Assembly (NCBI GenBank): GCA_035221665.1
Contig: JAVHYY010000485.1
Coordinates: 62,001 to 96,388, forward strand
Source: Okamejei kenojei
Lineage: Eukaryota
DNA length: 34,388 bases
Reading direction: 5' to 3'
Shown here: positions 1 through 9,474 of the stretch, piece after piece
Layout: each line of letters opens with the position of its first letter
Position numbering within the stretch: the first letter of the stretch is position 1
Position numbers and translations under genes: made by a program
Notes under the pieces: model-generated
Told to the model about the DNA's origin: nothing
Databases searched by the model: none
The model's input: the letters and a program-made list of their open reading frames with translations, nothing else

Positions 1-3000
1 ATACTTTTGCAAGCCACTGTACGTGTAACTTGACCTCACCAACGTTTTATACCACTGCAACATGGCCTCCCAACCTCCATACCCAATACTCTAACTGAAG
101 AAGGCGAATGTGCCAAAAGCCTTTTTGACCACCCAATCTACCTGCGACTCCATCTTCAGGAAACTATGCACATAGACTCCTATATTAATCTACTCTACAA
201 CACTACCTAGAAGCCTACCATTCAATAGACAATAGACAATAGACAATAGTAGGTAGTGCATGAGTAGGTCATTAGGCCCTTCGAGCCAGCACCGCCTTTC
301 ACTGTGTAGGTCATCCCCATGTTGGACTTCCAAAAATGTAACAGCTCTCATTTATCTGCGTTAAATTACATCAAACAATCCTCAGCCCACTTGGCCAATT
401 GACCAAGTTACTACTACTTTTTTTCACAACCATCTGCACTACAGGCAAAGCCGCCCACTTTTGCATCATCTGCTAATCTTGCTCTGAAAGTTATCGTCTA
501 AATCATTCATATTGATCACAAGCAGTAACGGGCCCAGCACCGAGCCTTGAGGTATACCACTTGTCAGAAGCCTCCAGTCTGATAAGCTACCTTCCACCAT
601 CACCCTCTGCTTCCTTCCTTGAAGCCAATTTTCTATCCATTCTTCTACCTCTCCTTGGACCCCATGCGATCTAATCTTCCAGGACAGCATACCATGAGGA
701 ACCTTCACGAATGCTTCAGTGAAGTCCATATATACAACATCTACAGCTCTGCTCTCATCGACATTTTATGTCACATCTACAAAAACCTCAGAGTTGTGAG
801 CCATTGCCTCCCAAGTACAAAACGATGCTGGCAATCCCTAATCAGCCCGTGTCCATCTAAATGTTTGTATAGCCTATCCTTCAGAATACTCTCTAGTAAT
901 TCTCCAACGGCATGTTAAGCTCACTGACCAAGTTCCAAGCATTTTACTTGCAGACTTATCCCACTTGAATAAACGCACAACATTTTCCACCCTGCTGATG
1001 TCCTCTACCGTTGACCTCCCTAACATTTGCACATATAAGTCTCCTGGCACCAGTCATGTATTTAAAGTCGACTCGTAAATGTCAACCAGTGCTCCCGCAA
1101 TTTCCTCTCCGGTTTCCCACCATGTCCTCGGAAATATATATATATATGAGCAGGCTCTATAAATGTGTCTACCTTCATATAAGATATTGCCTTCAGCACC
1201 TCTTCCACCATAACACTTGTGTGCAGTTCTGGTCACCCCCTTTACAAGATGGATGTGGAGGCTTTGGAAAGGTTGCAGAGGAGGTTTACCAAAATGTTGC
1301 CTGGATTACAGGGTTTCAGCTACAGGACGATATTGGTTTGCGAGCAAATAAAGTTCATCAGAATGCTGCCTGGATTTGAGTGCTTAACCTACAGTGAGAG
1401 GTTGGATAGGGTGCAGAGGAACGCTGCCTCAATTAGGATGTTTGAGCTTCACGGAGATATTGAAGAACACTGCTGTAATAGGGATGAATTGCAAATGCTG
1501 GTTCATACCAAAGACACACATTGCTGGAGTAACGCAATGGATCAGGCAGCATCGTAGGAGAAAAAAGGATAGTTGACTTTTCACGGCATGACTATTCTTC
1601 AGACATGGATTGTTTTCACTGGAACATCGGAGGTTGATGGGAGATCTGATAGAAGTGTATGAAATCAGGAGGGGCATACATACGGAAAAAATCAGCAAAG
1701 GTTTCCCTCTGGGTAGAGGGAAAGGGGAACAATAGAGCGAGGAGAGACTAAGACGTCTAGAATTTAACGTACATGTTCAAATGTAAGGGAGGTCAACGAT
1801 AGAGGAAATAGAACGTTAATGGCAAGATCCATAACAGCATCAATGTACAGAAGGATCTTGGGATTCAGGCCCACAGCTCCCTGAAAGTGGCAACGCAAGG
1901 ATATTGAGCATTATCAAGATGTATGTGGTCATGGACCGCGAAGCAGACTGACATACGGATTATAGACGGGCAGAAAATGGCAGATGGAGATTAATCTGAC
2001 CACTTTCATATAGATAAATATGAGATGTTGCATTTGGGTGCAAAATCGGCAGAACTTACAGTTAATGGTAGGGTTCTGGTGAGCGTTGTGGAGATCTAGG
2101 AGTACAGTACATAGTTTGGTGTATTTGTCATAATAGGTATATTGGGTGGTCATACATGCTTTTGGCACATTGACCATCATTAGTCAGAGCACTGAGCATA
2201 GAATTTGGCAGGACATGTTGCAGTTGTGTAAGCGCAGGAGGATGAGGGGTGATCTGATAGAGGTGTACCGCATTATGAGAGGAATAGATCGGAGAGACGC
2301 ACACATTCTATTGCCAGAGTAGGGGAATAAAGAACCAGGGACACAGGTTTAAGGTGAGACTGGGAAGGAATTAGTAGGGAGCTGAGGGTAACGTTTCCAC
2401 ACAAAAGATTGTAGGTGTATGGAAGAAGCTGCCGGACGAGGCAGATGAGGCAGGGACTATCGCAACGTTTAAGAATCATTTGGACAGGTTTAGAGGGAAA
2501 TAAGTAAATTGCAGGGAGGTGTTACTAGTGTAGATGGAACATGTTAGCCGGCGTGGGGAAGTAGCGCGAAGGGCTTGTTTTCGCGCTGCAGTACTCAATG
2601 ACCATAATTCTAAGAGTGTGAGGTGTAGCACTTTGCGAGGTCGAATGTAAGGGGAAAGTCTACAGTTAATGGCAAGACCCCTAACAGCATTGATGTAAAG
2701 GGGAATCTTGGAGACGAAGTCCACAACTCCCTGAAAGCACTAACATAAGTTTAGTTTAGTTTATAGTCACGTATCATGAAGAGCAGTGAAAATGTTTTAT
2801 TGCGTGCTAACCAATCAGTGGGAAGAATATACAAGATTGCAATCGAGCCTTCCACATTGTACAGATATTTGATAAATGGAATAACGTTTAGTGCAGTAGA
2901 TTCAGCGGTAAAGGCGGTGTCCCGTATGTTTGCTTTATCAGGCGGTGCATTGAGTACAAGGGTCAGGAAGTCACAATGCAGCTTGATCAAACTTTGATTA

Positions 3001-3084
3001 GGCCGCATTTAGAATATTACGTGCAGTTCAGGTCACTCCCATTACAGGAATAATGTGGAGGATTTAGAAAAGGTGCAAAGGAGA
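1..3084. mobile_element. Mosaic of old CR1 LINE ORF2 fragments (minus strand to about 1000, mostly plus after about 1215)
   Basis: ORF 466-729(-) reads GIPQGSVLGPLL...NDLD (RT); repeated ERxQRRFTxMLPG fragments; (ACAATAG)n tail at about 223-249. Confidence 0.8.
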
Positions 3085-3099
3085 TTTATTAGAATGCTG

Positions 3100-5152
3100 G
3101 GGGGTTACACAAAAAGCTGGAGAAACTCAGCGGGTGCAGCAGCATGTAAGGAGCGAAGGAGATAGGCGACGTTTCGGGTCGAGACCCTTCTTTAGACAGA
3201 TAAAGAACAATGAATGAAAGATATGCAAAAAGGTATCGATGATAAAGGGAACAATCCATTGCAAGCTGTGTGTGGTGTAAAAATGAGAAGGTAGTGCGAC
3301 TAGGGTGGGAGAGGGAGATAGAGATAGAGGGATTGCCAGGGCCCAAGGTTTGAGTGAGAGGTGGGAAGGGGAGGAGACAGCAAGGGTTAGCAGAATTGAG
3401 AAAATTCAATGTTCAAGCCCAAAGGATGCAGACTCCCCAAGCGGAATATGAGGTGCTGTTCCTCCAACTCGCGGTGTTGCCCACTCTGGCCGTGGAGGAG
3501 GCCCAGGACCGAGAGGTCGGATACGGAATGGGAGGGGGAGTTGAAGTGCTGAGCCAGCGGGAGGTCGGGTTGGTTTTTGCGGACCGAGCGGAGATGTTCG
3601 GCGAAACGATCGCCAAGCCTCTGCTTGGTCTCACCGATATAGATCATCTGGCATCTGGAGCAGCGGATGGTGTAGATGAGGTTGGAGGAGGTGCAGGTGG
3701 ACCTCTGTCGGACCTGGAAGGACTGCTTGGGTCCCTGAAAGGAGTGGAGGGGGGAGGTGAAGGGACAAGTGTTGCATTTCTTGCGGTTGGAAGGGAACGT
3801 GCCCGGAGAAGGGGTAGAGCGGGAGGGGAGGGAAGAATTGACAAGGGAGTCGCGGAGGGAGCGGTCTTTGTGGAAGGCAGACAGGGGGGGAGATGGGAAG
3901 ATGTGGTGGGTGGAGGTGTCACGTTGGAGGTGGCGAAAGTGGCGGAGGACTATGTGTTGTATTTGCCGGCTGGAGGGGTGAAAGGTGAGGACCAGGGGGA
4001 CTCTGCCCTGTTTGTGAGTGGGGGAATGGGGAGAAAGGGCAGTGTTGCGGGGTATGGAGGAGACCCTGGTGCGAGCCTCATCAATAGTGGGGGAGGGAAA
4101 TCCCCGTTCTCTGAAGAATGAGGCCATTTGTGATGACCTGGTGAGAAACACCTCGTCCTGGGAGCAGGAGGAATTGGGAATAGGGGATGGAGTCCTTACA
4201 GGAAGCAGGGTGGGAGGAAGAGTAGTCCAGGTAGCTGTGGGAGTCAGTTGGTTTGTAGTGGATGTCGGTCAGGAGTGTATCACCTGCAATAGAGATGGTG
4301 AGGTCAAGGAATGGTAGGGAAATGTCGGAAATGGTCCATGTGTATTTGAGTGCCGGATGGAAGTTGGTGGTGAAATGAATTAAGTCAGTCAGTTCTGTGT
4401 CGGTGTAGGAGGTGACACCAAAGCAATCGTCGATGTAACGGAGGTAGAGGTCGGGGATGGGGCCCTGGTACGCCGAGAACAATGATTGTTCGACGTACCC
4501 AACAAAGAAGCAAGCATAGCTGGGGCCCATGCGTGTGTCTATAGCTACGACTTGTGTTTGGAGGAAATGGGAGGAATCAAAAGATATGTTATTGAGGGTA
4601 AGGACCAACTCCGCTAGGCGGAGGAGGGTGTCCCCCCCTCCCATTCCGTATCCGACCTCTCGGTCCTGGGCCTCCTCCACGGCCAGAGTGAGCAACACCG
4701 CAAGTTGGAGGAACAGCACCTCATATTCCGTGTGTATGAGTCTGCATCCTTTGGGCTTGAACATTGAATTTTCTCAATTCTGTTAACCCTTGCTGTCTCC
4801 TCCCCTTCCCACCTCCCCCTCAGCCCTCGGGCCCTGGCATTCCCTCTATCTCTATCTCCCTCCCCCACCCTAGTCGCACTAGCTTCTCATTTTCACACCA
4901 CAAACAGCTTACAATGACTTGTTCCCTTTATCATCGATACTTTTTTGCATATCTTTCATTCATTGTTCTTTATCTCTCCAAATCATCGGCTATATCTCTC
5001 GTTTCCCTGATCCCTGACCAGTCTGAAGAAGGGTCTCGACCCGAAACGTCGCCTATCTCCTTCGCTCCTTAGATGCTGCTGCACCCGCTGAATTTCTCCA
5101 GCTTTTTGTGTAACCCTCGATTCTCCAGCATCTGCAGTTCCTTCTTTAACAC
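3100..5152 (-). mobile_element. Penelope-like element (RT plus GIY-YIG endonuclease), 5'-truncated, with an inverted copy of its 3' end
   Basis: Minus-strand ORFs carry RT motifs (MGPSYA, RYIDD, FLD, YKPT) and GIY-YIG (LIYTIRCSRC..IYIGET). 4631-5152 is an inverted copy of the 3' region. 15-bp TSD tttattagaatgctg at 3085-3099 and 5153-5167. Confidence 0.9.
5023..5050 (+). ncRNA. Minimal type I hammerhead ribozyme motif in the PLE 3' repeat
   Basis: CTGAAGA-A-GGGTC-tc-GACCC-GAAAC-GTC: CUGANGA core, 5-bp helix II, GAAA, palindromic ACGT helix III and a GUC cleavage triplet. Confidence 0.6.
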
Positions 5153-5461
5153 TTTATTAGAATGCTGCCTGGATTACAGTGTCTCAGTTACAGGGGAGAT
5201 GGGAGAGCGTGCAGAGGTGCTTTGCCAGACCGCTGCATGGATTAGTGGTTTCAGATACAGGGGGAGGATGAACAGACCTGGAGTAAAAGGAACGAACTGC
5301 ACATGCTGGTTTATTCCAACGATAGATATAACGTGATGGAGTAACTCAACGGGTTAGGCAGCATCGCTGGAGAAAATAGAATGGGTGACTTTTCGGGTAG
5401 GGCATTACATGCAGTATATGGAGCATTTGGTGAGGGTGCAGAGGAGATTTACCAACATGAT

Positions 5462-5910
5462 GGTACACAAAAAGCTGGAGAAACTCAGCGGGTGCAGCAG
5501 CATCTAAGGAGCGAAGGAGATAGGCGACGTTTCGGGTCGAGACCCTTCTTCAGACTGGTCAGGGATCAGGGAAACAAGAGATATAGACGGTGATGTGGAG
5601 AGATAAGGAACAATGAGTGAAAGATATGCAAAAAAGTATCGGTGATAAAGGGAACGAGCCATTGTAAGCTGTTTGTGGTGTGAAAATGAGAAGCTGGTGC
5701 GACTTGGGTGGGGGAGGGAGATAGAGATAGAGGGAATGCCAGGGCCCGAGGGCTGAGGGAGAAGTGGGAAGGGGAGGAAACAGCAAGGGTTAACAGAATT
5801 GAGAAAATTCAATATTCAAGCCCAAAGGATGCAGACTCCCCAAGCGGAATATGAGGTGCTGTTCCTCCAGCTTGCGGTGTTGCTCACTCTGGCCGTGGAG
5901 GAGGCCCAGG
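5462..5910 (-). mobile_element. Short 5'-truncated Penelope-like element of the same family
   Basis: Nearly identical to 3105-3510 and to the reverse complement of about 4665-5112. 11-bp TSD accaacatgat at 5451-5461 and 5911-5921. Confidence 0.88.
5526..5553 (-). ncRNA. Minimal hammerhead ribozyme motif, second intact copy
   Basis: Exact reverse complement of 5023-5050, lying on the sense strand of PLE 5462-5910. Confidence 0.6.
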
Positions 5911-6582
5911 ACCAACATGATACCTGGATTAGAGAGAATTGGCTACAGGGAGAGGTGGGAGAATGTGCATAGAAGGTTTACCAGAATTCAACACGTATGC
6001 GAGAGGTAGTCTACAGGGAGAGGTTGCGCAAACTTGGAATGTTTGTTTTCGGAAGGAGATGGGAGGCTTGGTAGAAGTATATACAATTATGACACGTAGA
6101 GATAGGGTTTACCTTACCCTCCCCACTCCTCGAGGGTGGAAAGGTGAAAGACTAGATGGAATATCATTAAAGTGAGCGGGGCAAAGTTTAAAGATGTTTT
6201 GTTTGCCCAGAGTGCAGTGGGGGCTTTGAACGCAATGCCAGGAGCGGTAGTGGGGGCAGATACGTTAGTGGTGTTTAAGAGGGTTTTAGATAGGCACATG
6301 GAAGTGCAGGGAATGGGGGACTATTGATCACGTGTGGACAACAGTTTAAATTTGTGATCGGCATGGTCATTTTGGGGTTGAAGACGTGTTCCTGTGCTGT
6401 ACTGTTCCGTGTTATATTTCCAAATTTATTCTGGGTGATACATGTGTCGCTTTGAACCATTGTTGTTGAATATTCTTGCGCCCTCAATCAAATTTATTGA
6501 TGCAATATATCTTTATTTTTAATATTCTAGTATGAATCAGGGTATCTACAGGACAAAGAAAGCTGGAAGGAGTGAGAACGAT

Positions 6583-6726
6583 NNNNNNNNNNNNNNNNNN
6601 NNNNNNNNNNNNNNNNNNNNNNNNNNNNNNNNNNNNNNNNNNNNNNNNNNNNNNNNNNNNNNNNNNNNNNNNNNNNNNNNNNNNNNNNNNNNNNNNNNNN
6701 NNNNNNNNNNNNNNNNNNNNNNNNNN
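6583..6726. other. Assembly gap
   Basis: Run of N. Confidence 1.
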
Positions 6727-7230
6727 AAAAATAATTTCCAAAAGCAGAATTAGGCCACCCAGCCCATCTAGACTATGGGGGGCTGTTCTATCTATCCTTA
6801 TCAACCCCATTATCCCGTCTTCTCTCCATATCCCCTGGCACACATTCTAAACGTGAATCTATTAGAAGAAGGGTCTCGTCCCGAAACGTCACCCATTCCA
6901 GCTATCCAGAGATGCTGCCTGCCCCAGTGAGTTACTCCAGCAATTTGTGTCTATCTTAAGAATGTATCAAACTCTGCCTTGTTTCATTTAACTTTGCATC
7001 CGCTGCCATCTGTGGCAATGATTTCCATGGATTCACCGCTCTCTGGCTAAACAAAATCATCCCCATCCTTTTTACGACACAGCCTTTTATACTGAGGCTG
7101 TGCCATCTTTCCCTAGATTCTCCCACTAATGGAAACATTATCCCCACTTCCACTCTATTCAAAAGCATTAGAAGCTGTACTATTCGGTTCTACTATAACA
7201 AATGCGATCTAACTGTGTTTTTATCCCACT

Positions 7231-7235
<5 letters not shown>

Positions 7236-7326
<91 letters not shown>

Positions 7327-7653
7327 GCCCTTTCTCTCTCCCTTTATCTATCGGCATTCCTCCATCTCCTTCTCCCTCCATCTTTCTTTCTCTCCCTCGA
7401 TCTTACCCTCTCCCTATTTATTTCCCCAATCCTCCTATTTTTCTCCTTCTTTCTTTCTCTCTCCTCCTATCTATCTCCCCATCTTCCTCTTTGTCTCTCC
7501 GCCTTTCACTCTTCCTCCTTCTCGCTTCATCTTTCATTCTCCCTCTGTCCGTTTCCCACTTACCCTCTTCCTCTTTCATACTCCCTCTTTCCCTCTCCAT
7601 CCCCCAATCCCCCATCCCCCCTCCTCTCTCTCCCGTTTTCCACTCCCTCTTTC
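7236..7653 (+). repeat. (CT)n microsatellite continuing as a long polypyrimidine tract up to the EX1 acceptor
   Basis: Pure (CT)n at about 7236-7321, then C/T-rich sequence to 7653. Confidence 0.95.
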
Positions 7654-7655
7654 AG

Positions 7656-8006
7656 ATCCGAAATTGAAGCTGAGATCTCCCCAAGTTACAATTCTCCAGC
7701 CGTCTGACCGTGAACTTAAAAACAACGGCAAAGCCACTGTGGTTTGTCTCATCACTGATTTTTACCCGGACAACATACAAATTCAATGGATTGTCGATGA
7801 CGTTGGACAACCCAAAGATAGTCCTAACATCCATACAGATCCTAGCTCCCAAAGCGAAGACGGAGGGAAGACCTTCAGTATCAGTAGTCGCTTTAGATTG
7901 GACGCCCGAGATTACGCAAAGGCCAAGAAGGTCGTCTGTCAAGTAGATCACTACAGGAATGGATCTACGCCACAAACTGAACAGGAAACCCACATCATCA
8001 AACACG
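7656..8006 (+). CDS. TRBC: T-cell receptor beta constant region exon 1 (Ig C1-set domain)
   Basis: Acceptor ...ctctttcag|AT CCG and donor CAC G|gtgaaa; 351 nt, phase 1 at both ends. Translates (D)PKLKLRSPQVTILQPSDRELKNNGKATVVCLITDFYPDNIQIQW...IHTDPSS...FSISSRFRL...VVCQVDHYRNGS...IIKH. Contains the C1-set Cys, Trp and Cys plus Cbeta-type motifs (KATxVCL, FYPD, TDP, SSRxR). Confidence 0.95.
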
Positions 8007-8313
8007 GTGAAATTTCTAACCGTAATGTCTTGTAAAGTTGTAGCATGACATCCCAACGTCTACACTTGATGCTCTCACTGATGATGGTCAGTGTGCCAAA
8101 AGCCTACTTAACCACCCTATCTACTTGTGATGCCACTTTTGAAGATCATCTTCCCAATAACAGGGTGACCAAAACGTTACAAAATATTCCATATGTGTCC
8201 TCACCAATATCGTGTGCAACTGTAATATGGCCTCCCAAATTATATTTTTACTTCTAATTTGTTCTTGGTCTTCATCAGTCAGGGTATTGGGTATATTTAT
8301 GTTCTTTTAACAG

Positions 8314-8406
8314 AAGCTGAATTTCAAACAATGGAAGCTGACTTATCTGATTCTCATTTGTAAAACTATCGTCTGTGAAATAATTGTTTCTGCTTTAGCT
8401 TGCAAA
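8314..8406 (+). pseudogene. Degenerate duplicate of the TRBC transmembrane exon (pseudo-exon or alternative exon) in intron 1
   Basis: Aligns with 14631-14731, including the acceptor (tttatgttcttttaacag vs tttatattcctttaacag). An 8-nt deletion after ACA ATG shifts the frame. The shifted frame reads KLTYLILICKTIVCEIIVSALACK. The gtaagt donor is absent. Confidence 0.88.
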
Positions 8407-8645
8407 AGTGCCACAACAATCCCTCTGTCTCCAGTGGAATAACAACCATGGTTTTAGTATCTGGAAGGGATGCCAAAACCCATAAGGGCATATGATAGGA
8501 GCAGAACGAGGCCATTATGCCCATCAAGTCTACTCCGCGATTTAATCACGGCTAATCAAAATCTTCCTCCTAAAATCATTCTCCTAACTTCCCCCTATAC
8601 CTCTTGACACCCGTACCAATCGGAAATCTATGTCTGCCTTCAAAA

Positions 8646-8680
8646 TAATTGTTATATGGTTATATGTTATATGGTTATAT
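8646..8680 (+). mobile_element. Tail-only micro-insertion of the young CR1 family, (TTATATGG)n
   Basis: taattgttatatggttatatgttatatggttatat matches the extreme 3' end at 28974-29002 and interrupts an older antisense CR1 fragment. Confidence 0.7.
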
Positions 8681-9474
8681 TCATTGAAAGTCGTCACAGC
8701 CGTTGCATAATTCCACACATTCACCACTCTGTGAAAAAAATACTGTCCTCCTCCCTTCCTTCTTAAATGAACGTCCATTAATTCAAAGAGGCTGTAACCT
8801 TTGGTCTTAGACTCTCCCACTAGTGGAAACATCCTCTCCGCAGCCACTCGTTGCAAGCCATTCGCTATTCTGTATGTTTAAATGACCCCCCTCCCCCCTC
8901 TAAACTCCAGCGCCATCAAACGCCCAGCCTATGTGTGATTCCTGGGATCATCCTTGTAAATCTCCTCTTCATCCTCTCCAGAGCCAGCACATCCTTCGTT
9001 GAATATGGTGCCATAAACTGGGCACAATCCACCAAATGCAGCCTGACCTATGTATTTTCACCGCTCAGTATATAGATTTTGACATAATATAACTTTATTT
9101 ATCCCAGGAGGCTTGTAAATGATTTCAAGAAATCGTATCCAAGGTCCCTAGTGTCAGAATATCTACCCCACTCCTTGGGATGCCTGTAGCACACTGCCAG
9201 GACAGGTGGTGGAGACAGATATGACTAGCGTTTATGTGGCTGTTAGGTAGACACATGGAAGTGCAGGGAATCGAGGAATATGGATCACGTACAGGCAGAT
9301 AAGGTTAACAAGGAAATGCAAAAACCGGTAAACACATGAAAGTACACAAACGTGGTTTACGAGAATGATCCTGGGGATGATTGTTAACGTTCGATGAGCG
9401 TTTAATGGCGCCAGAGCCTGTTCTCGCTGTTTAGAAAGATGAAGGGAGACCTAGATGAGGCACGGGTAGATTAG

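Noticed and set aside
300-306. CACTGTG heptamer (others near 13294 and 20074; CACAGTG at 21723)
   Set aside because: No nonamer at 12 or 23 spacing and no adjacent V/D/J coding sequence; all lie in repeats.
3354-4121. 255-aa plus-strand ORF
   Set aside because: Antisense shadow of the Penelope-like ORF.
5426-5437. FGEG motif resembling a J-segment FGXG
   Set aside because: Followed by AEEI rather than TxLxV, with no RSS and no donor; it is part of a CR1 fragment.
7202-7655. N-terminal part of the 277-aa ORF
   Set aside because: Translation of the (CT)n and pyrimidine tract; the real exon starts at the 7656 acceptor.
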